From a phage, in the sequence record PZ445442.1: a DNA stretch of 64,000 bases; one strand, written 5' to 3'. Both the position numbers and the translations under genes were made by a program. Below are positions 55,781 to 64,000 of the stretch, in pieces; position 1 is the stretch's first letter; each line of letters opens with the position of its first letter. The notes under the pieces are model-generated. The model saw only the letters and a program-made list of their open reading frames with translations, was not told the DNA's origin and searched no databases.

Positions 55781-56764
55781 TTAACCTTTCACGAAGTGGT
55801 TATTAAGCAGTTGTCTGTGCTGAACCCACCCACAAAAGTTGGCAGACCAGAATTTACCATCACGGTCTTGATGGGTTACACCTTCCTGCCAAGTACTGAT
55901 GTCTTGTGTGATTTCACATGAAGACAGGTAGTAGTTTAAACGTTCCATTGCGTTATCGTGATCCATAGGTGTTGCCTGGTGCTCGTAAGGGCTTGCATGA
56001 ATACGATCCCCACCAATCAATTTTTTAGCCACACTATCTGCCTTTTCAAACGTGCTGTCAATATTTCGATAAGATACTTGTGCACAGCAACTAGCACTGA
56101 TAGACAGAGCTTCTTTAGTATCGAGAATGCAGAGCTTTCCTTCTGTGTCACGTACAGCGTAGTTAAACTCTCCGTCCAAATAAACGTGCTCTACATATGG
56201 GGTGTGCCATTGACCCGGTTTAAGGATTTCAGGAGTGCTATTCTCAAGAGCCTCCCACATACAATTAGCTAACATCTGAATCGTAGGATCCGCATCGTGC
56301 CAGCAACGGAGGTGGAAAAAATTATTCCACTCGGTGCTTGTTACAACTGTTTTCATGCGCTGGAACGGCTCCACTAAGCGGTTACATACTTGCTTATGGT
56401 AACCAGCAAGGGCGAACTTCTCTGCATGCCAAGCGGCGTTTTTTGCAGCTTCTTTCCAAAACTCTTCAGGAGTTAGCTCCATGTCAGTGTACTCTACACG
56501 GATCTTTTGATCGTGTTCCCCACCATCTTCCATTCCTCGCTTATTTACACCGAAGCGAACTGGCATTGCCGGATTCTCCACAATCTGTTGCAGCATCTTG
56601 CCGACAGGTACTGCACGGGAAGACATGGCGTTTCGGCTGAACACTCGGTGCGTCATAAGCTCTGAGTGAATAATTCGAGGATACTCTAGTTCAAAAGTGG
56701 TGATACGCTTACCTTTCTCGGAAATGCTGTCAGCAATAATCTTTGCAGTGCACAGTTTTAGCAT
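55781..56764 (-). CDS. thyX: flavin-dependent thymidylate synthase (ThyX-like), long form
   Basis: ThyX-like RHR-S...S.R signature region (ELMTHRVFSRNAMSSRA); 327 aa, longer than typical ThyX. Confidence 0.7.
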   Translation of the reverse strand: MLKLCTAKIIADSISEKGKRITTFELEYPRIIHSELMTHRVFSRNAMSSRAVPVGKMLQQIVENPAMPVRFGVNKRGMEDGGEHDQKIRVEYTDMELTPEEFWKEAAKNAAWHAEKFALAGYHKQVCNRLVEPFQRMKTVVTSTEWNNFFHLRCWHDADPTIQMLANCMWEALENSTPEILKPGQWHTPYVEHVYLDGEFNYAVRDTEGKLCILDTKEALSISASCCAQVSYRNIDSTFEKADSVAKKLIGGDRIHASPYEHQATPMDHDNAMERLNYYLSSCEITQDISTWQEGVTHQDRDGKFWSANFCGWVQHRQLLNNHFVKG

Positions 56765-56964
56765 TATTTAGCTCTCCTTGTTTTAATTTTGGAAATTTCG
56801 TCTGGGTTTATGTTGGCCTTAAATGCAAGGTATCTGTTGAACATGTCAGAGCACATATCTTGGGTGATCCTAGAGGCATACACTAGCTTACCTCCTAGAT
56901 CATACACCTCTAGCCAGTCACCGTATCTGACTACAGGATCGCCACCTTTAGAACATCTGCCCAT
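56764..56964 (-). CDS. hypothetical protein
   Basis: Track ORF. Confidence 0.5.
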   Translation of the reverse strand: MGRCSKGGDPVVRYGDWLEVYDLGGKLVYASRITQDMCSDMFNRYLAFKANINPDEISKIKTRRAK

Positions 56965-56965
56965 T

Positions 56966-57559
56966 TCAAATACCTTCTAAAAATTTTCCTATTTTATACC
57001 AGCTATTAGCGGTATAGTCAACACTGACCTTTAACTCCTCGAATTGCTCATAAGGCGTATCTTTTAGGATTTTAATAACTTCAGGTCGTGAAGCGAATTG
57101 GTTCAGGTATTCATGCCTGTCGTCAATTATAACATCTACAGCCACATTCCCTTTGAAATGTGTGGCGTAGAAGCCGTGGCCCTGGGTGTGATCGTCCAGA
57201 TCCATAAAATCACTGGTCCAACGCTTTAAGAACCTTGATTTAGATGCAAGGTGACCTTTCTTGCATACCGAGATAAATGCAAGCTTGTGACCACGAGCCA
57301 CCAAATCTTTCATAACCTCAATAGCCCCCTCTTCAGGCTTAAGGAAGTCGTAGAGGAACGGATCACTCCAGAAATCAAAAGGTCCTATGATGTTTTCTTT
57401 GGGACGATCAGGCCAATACTTTGACAGATCGTAATACATTAGCCCATTAGATGGTTTAGCCACTGTCTTACTGGCTGGACCATACAAACGCTCCAACCAC
57501 TCCCACCATGCTGTTCCTGAATCTACCAGTGTCAGATCTACATCAATTCCGATTAACAT
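56966..57559 (-). CDS. HAD-superfamily phosphatase (putative 5'-deoxynucleotidase)
   Basis: HAD motif I IGIDVDLTLVD (DxDxT) at N-terminus; sits among nucleotide-metabolism genes. Confidence 0.55.
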   Translation of the reverse strand: MLIGIDVDLTLVDSGTAWWEWLERLYGPASKTVAKPSNGLMYYDLSKYWPDRPKENIIGPFDFWSDPFLYDFLKPEEGAIEVMKDLVARGHKLAFISVCKKGHLASKSRFLKRWTSDFMDLDDHTQGHGFYATHFKGNVAVDVIIDDRHEYLNQFASRPEVIKILKDTPYEQFEELKVSVDYTANSWYKIGKFLEGI

Positions 57560-58167
57560 TCTTCTTGGGCCTCTTTAGCATCAATATACTTGCACACAAT
57601 CTCCGATGCACACTCCCAAGGTGCACCTTCAGGGTTTACAACATCAAACTCAACCCCTTTTATTCCGTTCTTTTCCAGACTTAGATAGGTTCTGGAATCA
57701 TTTCCCCAGTCATATCCTACACGGTGAATACGGAACAACAACAGATCTCCACCTGTGCTGTATGCGTACTCGCTAAGGCATGCCAGCTCCTCTTTGAATC
57801 CCCCATCGGAGTAAACAATAACCCCTTTACCTTCAGGGAAATCTTTCTTCAAAGATGCGACTGCGGCTTTACCGAAAGCATCTTCACCAAAGATAGGTTT
57901 AATCAGATTTTCACTACAATGGATCATCCATTCTCGCGGAGAAACATGCTTGCCGTCTATCATTAAGAAAGGGCAAGGCTCTTCTTTGTAGTGGCGGTCA
58001 TAAAGTGCATTCCAGAGTTGAGGAGTTACACCAGCTGCCTTAATTGCCACACTGAAGAGCATTTCCTTAACCTCACGGTGGTGTGAGTTAGGAATAGCTT
58101 CCAACAAGAGATCTGCAATGTGATCCTTACCACTGCTGGGTGGGGCGTTAAGAACAATAATATCCAT
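57553..58167 (-). CDS. deoxynucleoside monophosphate kinase-like P-loop kinase
   Basis: P-loop LNAPPSSGKDHIADLL resembles T4 gp1 dNMP kinase (GVKRSGKDTTADFI). Confidence 0.6.
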   Translation of the reverse strand: MDIIVLNAPPSSGKDHIADLLLEAIPNSHHREVKEMLFSVAIKAAGVTPQLWNALYDRHYKEEPCPFLMIDGKHVSPREWMIHCSENLIKPIFGEDAFGKAAVASLKKDFPEGKGVIVYSDGGFKEELACLSEYAYSTGGDLLLFRIHRVGYDWGNDSRTYLSLEKNGIKGVEFDVVNPEGAPWECASEIVCKYIDAKEAQEEC

Positions 58168-58370
58168 TAAAAACCTCCGTGGTATTCTTCAACTGCATCA
58201 ATAATACTTTTACACTTATCTACCAGCTCGTTAGCCACTACAGCATCGTCTTCCCAAACAGCTTCCTCGATCTGATCAAGCAATGATCGCATCTTACCCA
58301 TCATTTCTGGGATAAAGTCTTCTGAAAAGCTGTCTGGAATTGTTAACTTTAGTGTCATTGCGTTCTCCAA
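58167..58370 (-). CDS. hypothetical protein
   Basis: Track ORF. Confidence 0.5.
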   Translation of the reverse strand: MENAMTLKLTIPDSFSEDFIPEMMGKMRSLLDQIEEAVWEDDAVVANELVDKCKSIIDAVEEYHGGF

Positions 58371-58385
58371 TCATACTATGCGTTA

Positions 58386-58844
58386 TTAGAAGTTTGTTTT
58401 TACACGTCCCTTTTCATCAACCTCGTTGTTGGCTAGAAGCGTTACAAAGTCTGTGAAACGGACATGAAGAACTCTTTTCTTATCAAGGTATCCTAAAGCC
58501 ACCCCTGAGAAATTTAGCATCAAAGGGGCTAAAGAAGCTCTGGCACTGAAATGCTGTTGTTCTACCCTTCCAACACCCTTAGTGTAGGATGGGTTAAGAT
58601 TGTAAGTTCTGAATCCCAGTTTTGTTGGAGCTTTAGAATTAAAAACAACTTTATAGCGTTTCTTACTCAACTTATGCTCCAGGATAAGCATTCCCTTATC
58701 ACCCTTGATAAGTTGAAAATCTGTAAAGTGCTCTTTTAATACGAAAGGTAGTGCCAGTCCCATCGCCTGCCCCCTTTGTACCGCTGTCTCACCAAAAGCT
58801 TTTGCATCAGTAAGTTCTTTGGTCAAGTCTATGCTTTTGATCAT
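58386..58844 (-). CDS. hypothetical protein
   Basis: Track ORF. Confidence 0.5.
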   Translation of the reverse strand: MIKSIDLTKELTDAKAFGETAVQRGQAMGLALPFVLKEHFTDFQLIKGDKGMLILEHKLSKKRYKVVFNSKAPTKLGFRTYNLNPSYTKGVGRVEQQHFSARASLAPLMLNFSGVALGYLDKKRVLHVRFTDFVTLLANNEVDEKGRVKTNF

Positions 58845-59625
58845 ACCTAGTCTCCAAAATGTATTGTAGTTCTTTCTTACCTATACTCTTCATTCCGGCA
58901 GTCTTACCTGCTTCTTCTTGAAAAGAAGAATAGCATTCAGCAAACACTCTGTCAACACCGTCAACTAAAGATTTTATGAAATATGTTGATTCTTCAGATT
59001 TTGGGTCATCCTCCCCCAATACTTTTCCAGCATTATACCCAACACGTCTTACACAGAAGTCGTAGTCATCTGGAGTGCTAAAAGAAAATAACTTATTCTC
59101 CCCAATCTCTACAGGATCCCTGTTGCACGCCTTTTTCTCCCAAATTTGGAAAACACACGGCACGTCATAAGGTTTGCCATTAAGTAGAAACGAGTTCTTA
59201 GGGCACCTTTCACTGTAGACAAGGTGCATCGACATGTCCAGTTTGTTTGCAAAAAATATTTTTTCAAATGTCCGTGGCAAGATGAAGGCTATAGCCCCTC
59301 CAAGCTCTAGCAATGATGCACAATGGTTAAAGAATTTGCAAGCTAAAGATGAATTCTTGCCAAATGGTGGGTTACCTATGAAGACATCTGCCTTGGGATG
59401 CACCTCCAAGAAGTTTGCCTGAATGCACGGTGTTGGTCCTTCAAATTCAGGATCTGGTACTAGATCGTAAGACAGTATCTCTGAAAATAGTTTTGAAAAA
59501 GAACCCCTTCCAGCAGAAGGCTCAACGTATGCACAATTTCCATACTTATCTTTTACTTTACCAACAAGATATTCTGCATACTCAGGGTTTGTGTAATATT
59601 TGTCGTTGGACTCTTTCTTGCTCAA
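58807..59625 (-). CDS. DNA N6-adenine methyltransferase, gamma-class-like
   Basis: YYTNPEYAEYLV, motif I VEPSAGRGSF and motif IV FIGNPPFG; track ORF 58807..59655 starts inside a terminator hairpin, so the start is tentatively moved to in-frame TTG 59625 after GGAGG. Confidence 0.6.
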   Translation of the reverse strand: MSKKESNDKYYTNPEYAEYLVGKVKDKYGNCAYVEPSAGRGSFSKLFSEILSYDLVPDPEFEGPTPCIQANFLEVHPKADVFIGNPPFGKNSSLACKFFNHCASLLELGGAIAFILPRTFEKIFFANKLDMSMHLVYSERCPKNSFLLNGKPYDVPCVFQIWEKKACNRDPVEIGENKLFSFSTPDDYDFCVRRVGYNAGKVLGEDDPKSEESTYFIKSLVDGVDRVFAECYSSFQEEAGKTAGMKSIGKKELQYILETRYDQKHRLDQRTY

Positions 59626-59644
59626 AGTGCCTCCAAAAGGAAAA

Positions 59645-59662
59645 GGGAGGCGCAAGCCTCCC
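59645..59662 (-). terminator. rho-independent terminator (minus strand)
   Basis: GGGAGGC-TTGC-GCCTCCC stem followed on the minus strand by TTTTCCTTTT. Confidence 0.55.
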
Positions 59663-59671
59663 TATACTTGA

Positions 59672-60661
59672 TTAGATTATCTGAATCAGGGTGTTTTTCA
59701 TTTCTTCTCTGGTACGGATGTTGTTACGGTCACGAACAACAGATCCACAACCTTCGCAGCGATATGTTTTAAATGCACTCAGTTGAGTATACGCCAAAGC
59801 TTCTTCCTCGTGAAGGTGTTCTCCACCGCAGCGTGGGCAACGAACTTTTGGCTCCTCATCCTGGTAGTACAATGACATGTTGGGGTGCTGCTTAGCAAAC
59901 GGGCGTGCCAGCAAATACAGGCCTTCCAGAGATAGGATATCACCAACATTGTACTCCCGCATCTGTTTAAACGCCTCAAGATCACCATGAACACACTTGA
60001 TCCACATTTCAAATGTGTGGTCAATCAGTTTCTGTCGGGCAAGTTGGAAGTATTTGCAGGCATACTCCAAAGTGTTTGCATTCAAACGGAATGCCTTCTT
60101 GATCATTTTAAGGGTGTCAACCTCTTTGTATGGGCTTGTTGGAGGCAACCCGTGAAATGCAAATCGTTGGTTTGCCCACCCACAGTCAAAACCTGAATTG
60201 TGGGCTACTGCGACATCACATTTATCCAGATAATACCACAAGTCCTGAATCAATTCGAGGTCATTGTGAATATCCTCATCCCACATTTTGCAATCGGGAA
60301 GAGCGCAGTCAACCACACTAGGACTGTCTAACCACTTACCTGCGAAAGTTAGCATATAGGGCATAATTTCAATACCGCAGGTTTGAATGTTGGTCTTATA
60401 GTGCCCAAAGAACCAGCCGTTTGTTGGTGATGTTTCTGTATCATACACCCAAACTTTAGCTCCTTTGTGTTCTTCAAGGAAGCGCTCCGTTGCTTCTCCT
60501 ACAATCTCTGACATATTCTCTTGTGCACGTTTAAGCTGTAGTCGGATCCAACTCTCACGTGACTCACGGCCTAAAAATTCACGAGCAATTTGTCTATTAG
60601 TGTATCCCTGCTGCTTTAGTGTTAAAATTTGCTCAAGAGTTAACTTTGTCATCATCGTCAA
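59672..60661 (-). CDS. DEDD-family 3'-5' exonuclease (DnaQ-like) with N-terminal HTH and C-terminal zinc ribbon
   Basis: Exo I VYDTETS, Exo II VAHNSGFD, Exo III H..D; C-terminal CPRCGG...CEGCG. Confidence 0.65.
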   Translation of the reverse strand: MTMMTKLTLEQILTLKQQGYTNRQIAREFLGRESRESWIRLQLKRAQENMSEIVGEATERFLEEHKGAKVWVYDTETSPTNGWFFGHYKTNIQTCGIEIMPYMLTFAGKWLDSPSVVDCALPDCKMWDEDIHNDLELIQDLWYYLDKCDVAVAHNSGFDCGWANQRFAFHGLPPTSPYKEVDTLKMIKKAFRLNANTLEYACKYFQLARQKLIDHTFEMWIKCVHGDLEAFKQMREYNVGDILSLEGLYLLARPFAKQHPNMSLYYQDEEPKVRCPRCGGEHLHEEEALAYTQLSAFKTYRCEGCGSVVRDRNNIRTREEMKNTLIQII

Positions 60662-60667
60662 AATTCC

Positions 60668-60889
60668 TTAGTAAAACTGAAGAATGTCTTTTAAAGCGAA
60701 GTCACGATATTCGCCCTTGTCTACATCAAAGGCATGCATCAACCACTGCTCTTCTTTATGATACTCTGTAGAGCCAAACCATAAATTAGGCTCAGTAACG
60801 CAGCGATCTGCAACAACACCTTTCCAGTTACGGTATTTCATCCTGATCAGGACTGAGTCGCAAGGATTGAATACCTTTTTCATCCCCAT
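60668..60889 (-). CDS. hypothetical protein
   Basis: Track ORF; overlaps start of next ORF, boundaries uncertain. Confidence 0.4.
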   Translation of the reverse strand: MGMKKVFNPCDSVLIRMKYRNWKGVVADRCVTEPNLWFGSTEYHKEEQWLMHAFDVDKGEYRDFALKDILQFY

Positions 60890-61433
60890 AGAAATCTCTC
60901 TCCTCAGTTTTCTTTATAAACTCCTGCATGTAGGACTCAATAGCCTCATGCTTGGTGCACTCTGGATTAATGACAAGATTGAGATCTGATTCTGCTCGTG
61001 CAATAATCGTAGCTTTAGAGCATCTCCTCAAGAACTTTGTCATATCATCTCTGTAGTTTTTGTGGAGCGGGAAGTCGCTGTAGTCTTTCTCCAGATAGTC
61101 AGCCATCCGGCGCAACGCCTCTGATAAACTGCAATCTGTATACTCGTTACAGTATTTCATCCAGTATTTAAGCACATACCCCTCAAAGGTATTAGTGCAC
61201 TGAGACAAAACACCCCTGCAACGACCAGTCAGATGATCATGATCTAAACAAGGCTTACGAAGTGGCTCGCACAAGATCGGATCAAGACCATCCTGCTCCT
61301 CTGACAATTCTTTTCGAAAGTTGGCTATGTCCTTAGAATCTTTTAGCCACCCGCTATGAACGGGGGCTTTGACAGCTTTCTTTCTTATTTTACGCTTTGC
61401 GATAACCCCTCCAGATGCGCCCTGCCTATCCAA
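60828..61433 (-). CDS. endonuclease VII-like (T4 gp49-type) junction-resolving nuclease
   Basis: PCLDHDHLTGRCRGVLSQCTNTFEG matches the T4 endo VII zinc/HNH core (NHLDHDHELNG...RGLLCNLCNAAEG). Confidence 0.65.
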   Translation of the reverse strand: MDRQGASGGVIAKRKIRKKAVKAPVHSGWLKDSKDIANFRKELSEEQDGLDPILCEPLRKPCLDHDHLTGRCRGVLSQCTNTFEGYVLKYWMKYCNEYTDCSLSEALRRMADYLEKDYSDFPLHKNYRDDMTKFLRRCSKATIIARAESDLNLVINPECTKHEAIESYMQEFIKKTEERDFYGDEKGIQSLRLSPDQDEIP

Positions 61434-62014
61434 TAAGCATCTGCGAGATCGGCCTTACCTTGTACCAAATTGATCCCATCTAGGAACCCTGGTTCAGATA
61501 CTTCGCAGGCCTTAACCATCAACTTTTTATCCATCGTAACAGGTTTCTTCACAGTATGCTCTTTACCTGTCTTTTTGTCAAGCTTTTTCTTCTCCTCGAA
61601 AGCAAGTTCCTCAGGAAGATGACTACGAGCAAACTTTTTGGCAGTTGTTGGTGTCACTGTGTGGACCTTAAACAGGCCGTCATTTTCACAATCAGCTAAG
61701 GCATCCCAAAGCATAACTTCAAGACCGTAAAACAACCCAGCCAGTTCACGTGTGGCATCCCCGCGTGATCCAAAGGAAAGCCCTTCCATAACTACGGTGT
61801 CAACGCCGTGCGTGTGGATATAATATCTGACCTGTTTGCAGATCCAGTCAATACGCTCAGCAGCTGTTGCAAAAGAAACCGTCCCTGGTTTCTTCTCTTT
61901 TGCAGATGAGCTTTGAGTTCGTAACACAACCTTATGAACAGGCTTTCCATCGTCCCATACAACGCAAGCTGTGTGTGTCAACGACTGGTCTATGGATAAT
62001 AGACGCTCTCTCAT
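61385..62014 (-). CDS. RuvC-like Holliday junction resolvase
   Basis: N-terminal LSIDQSLTHTACVVW resembles the RuvC catalytic start (GIDPG...G.AV); C-terminal LADAYWIGRA acidic-residue motif. Confidence 0.5.
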   Translation of the reverse strand: MRERLLSIDQSLTHTACVVWDDGKPVHKVVLRTQSSSAKEKKPGTVSFATAAERIDWICKQVRYYIHTHGVDTVVMEGLSFGSRGDATRELAGLFYGLEVMLWDALADCENDGLFKVHTVTPTTAKKFARSHLPEELAFEEKKKLDKKTGKEHTVKKPVTMDKKLMVKACEVSEPGFLDGINLVQGKADLADAYWIGRAHLEGLSQSVK

Positions 62015-62346
62015 GCTTCCTCATCCTCCTCTCCTTCATCAGGAGCATAAGCCTTATCTTTGAACAATACGAGAGAGCAAAGCTTAACATCTGTTTCCAC
62101 ACTGGTGAACATGCATAACCGCTCGCCCTCAATCAGCTCACAATCCTCTTTTAAAACAGCAGACCATACACGGTCATCTGCGTAATCATCCGTGTACAGG
62201 ATGTATGAAATGGTGTCATCTTCATACAACCGCCACATACCTGTGGCAACAACGAATGTATTTTTTGTTTTAAGTGTCCCTGTTGTGTGATCATCCTCAA
62301 AAACAGCTTCCATAATTGCGTTATCTACAGAATTTTTAGTCATCAA
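62011..62346 (-). CDS. hypothetical protein
   Basis: Track ORF. Confidence 0.5.
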   Translation of the reverse strand: MMTKNSVDNAIMEAVFEDDHTTGTLKTKNTFVVATGMWRLYEDDTISYILYTDDYADDRVWSAVLKEDCELIEGERLCMFTSVETDVKLCSLVLFKDKAYAPDEGEEDEEA

Positions 62347-63482
62347 ATTGCTCCAACATTTCTAAGAACGTTAACAAGTTTTGTTTGATCATTGAATGTT
62401 CGCTTCATATACAAACAGTCAAAAATTATACTCATCCATTGACCTACGGAAATTCTACGATCAATACCATTGAAGTCAGTATACTTAACAACACCTTTCG
62501 GGAACCACTTCTTGTACTGATCAATAATAGCCATCCACATCTCCTTTGGAGTGCTGCACTGAGACAGTAGGTAGAATGCTGAGGCATCTCCGAACTTACC
62601 CTTACCGATAAGTCCCTGATACGGCTTGATGTTGTCAGCAGAGTCACCACACAGCATTTGGTATCCGAAGAACAGCATTCCGTAACCACCAACCTCTCCA
62701 TTAGGCTTCATGAAGATGTTCCCCATACCGTTATCGATCAGCATAGGGGTTTCTCTTACAAAATCTCCCTTATCGTTCCGCATGGGATCGAACACAAGCC
62801 CCGGTAGTGTTCTTTGGTCCTTATCAATAGAGATAATAAACTTGTTGAACTTACCTGTTTTTTGGTAGTGGTTCCAACCTTCAAATTGCTGGATAGCTAA
62901 CCAGTCGTCAGCCTCGATACCGTTGATCACTTGAGCATTATACTGCTTTTGGAGATACTGTCTTGCATCTCCAAGCAGCAGTGGTCGAAGAGTATTGTTA
63001 CGGTTGGCTTTATATCTTTCCGGCATGGGAAGATCTAGTCTGAAATTACCTGTGCCTCCAAGTACCCCCACGCACCGATCTTCCGGAATACCGAGATAAT
63101 TAAGGACTGCATTAGCTTTACACTTAATTGTGTGCAAGCAGTTCTCTACAGGATCAGGGGTTTGGATATCCAAGACATCGAAATCTTCTCGTGTCCACGG
63201 AATAAACTCCTTGCCAGCCTTTTTACATGCAGCTTCACGGTTGGTATTCTCAGCTTTTAACCAACCTCCAACGGTGTTCTTCTGCCGCCCCCAGAACTCT
63301 GTTCGTGTTTTAAACATCTTCTTACGTCCGGAGGCTTTGTGTGTTACCTCAATTGTCCTTTTTTCACAACTTGCTGCAGCTTGATATGCAACCTGATCGA
63401 AGTCATAATAAACTATAGCGTCAGGTTCAAGAAGATCAGCCAGACAATCTATGGACTCAATAAGTGGATATTCTCTACTCAA
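62343..63482 (-). CDS. 5'-3' exonuclease / flap endonuclease (T5 D15-like)
   Basis: GIEADDWLA and LCGDSADNIKP (H3TH) motifs of FEN-family nucleases. Confidence 0.8.
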   Translation of the reverse strand: MSREYPLIESIDCLADLLEPDAIVYYDFDQVAYQAAASCEKRTIEVTHKASGRKKMFKTRTEFWGRQKNTVGGWLKAENTNREAACKKAGKEFIPWTREDFDVLDIQTPDPVENCLHTIKCKANAVLNYLGIPEDRCVGVLGGTGNFRLDLPMPERYKANRNNTLRPLLLGDARQYLQKQYNAQVINGIEADDWLAIQQFEGWNHYQKTGKFNKFIISIDKDQRTLPGLVFDPMRNDKGDFVRETPMLIDNGMGNIFMKPNGEVGGYGMLFFGYQMLCGDSADNIKPYQGLIGKGKFGDASAFYLLSQCSTPKEMWMAIIDQYKKWFPKGVVKYTDFNGIDRRISVGQWMSIIFDCLYMKRTFNDQTKLVNVLRNVGAI

Positions 63483-63783
63483 AGACCCTCCTGTTAGTTA
63501 TTCTGCAAGATGGTTGGATGCTGTAATGGAATGCATCATCACTCTCTGCAATAAGTGACTCAACATCCCAATACTTTTCAAAAAGGAACGGATTAGACCC
63601 CCAGTGGTGGGTTATTTTCATCAAGGAGTCTGGTATCATATAACCACAGATCTTAATTACATCGCCAGGTTGAATTGTGTTTTCATGAAGGTTGCTTGCC
63701 TTCTTCAGAATCATACCTTTATGATTCTCGTTTGCATACAACTGGACAATATCTTTATCTTCAACAATAAAAATTTTAAGCAT
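63475..63783 (-). CDS. hypothetical protein
   Basis: Track ORF. Confidence 0.5.
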   Translation of the reverse strand: MLKIFIVEDKDIVQLYANENHKGMILKKASNLHENTIQPGDVIKICGYMIPDSLMKITHHWGSNPFLFEKYWDVESLIAESDDAFHYSIQPSCRITNRRVFE

Positions 63784-64000
63784 ATCTAGTTCTCCTAGTT
63801 TATAGATATCTGACCGATAATATCAGATTAATAACACTTTTGTCAAGACTTTTTAGTCTTTCTTGGAGAGCTTTTTGTTGATCTTTTCCTTTTGTGGTAG
63901 ATTCCAAGTGCAGCGTTTTCTTGGGCGCACGTTTTAACAGTTCTCAGAGAAGAACTTTCAGCTTTAGGCAGGTTTAACTCCCACCAACCGAGCCAGTAAA

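Noticed and set aside
1-64000. Integrase, transposase or IS elements, and lysogeny genes
   Set aside because: No tyrosine or serine recombinase or DDE transposase motifs were recognised; the only mobile elements supported are the two group I introns and the homing endonuclease genes.

Overview
This 64-kb window looks like part of a lytic tailed-phage (Caudoviricetes) genome, roughly 44% GC by eye, with no host genes, tRNAs, CRISPR arrays, integrase or IS elements recognised. Every call rests on reading the sequence and on remembered motif signatures; no database search was run. Layout: (i) 1-18,136, rightward genes: a 5'-truncated beta-class DNA methyltransferase, a possible C5-methyltransferase, a free-standing HNH endonuclease, a T7-type primase-helicase, a family-A DNA polymerase split by a group I intron that carries an HNH endonuclease, a putative SSB-like protein, a macro-domain protein and many small ORFs. 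(ii) 18,137-18,740, an iteron- and palindrome-rich non-coding region. (iii) 18,743-29,997, about 30 small rightward genes, most behind their own near-consensus sigma70-type promoter, a 5' GC hairpin and a CA-rich leader. (iv) 30,000-32,400, a 2.4-kb repeat-rich non-coding region where the two transcription blocks converge. (v) 32,400-64,000, leftward genes: about 35 small, often acidic proteins in paralogous families, a ribosome hibernation factor (HPF/RaiA) homolog, two further adenine methyltransferases, a ClpP-family protease, PhoH, and a nucleotide-metabolism and recombination module (nrdA, nrdB, glutaredoxin, nrdD split by a second group I intron with HNH endonuclease, nrdG, ThyX, dNMP kinase, HAD phosphatase, DnaQ-like exonuclease, endonuclease VII-like and RuvC-like resolvases, flap endonuclease). 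The strongest candidates for something new are the two related self-splicing introns, the promoter/hairpin-equipped small-gene arsenal, the HPF and macro-domain genes, and the repeat-rich non-coding regions. Coordinates of hand-located motifs (promoters, hairpins, repeats) are approximate to about 2 nt; a 1-nt discrepancy with the ORF track was noticed around 18.5-19.3 kb. CDS coordinates follow the ORF track except where a start was re-assigned.
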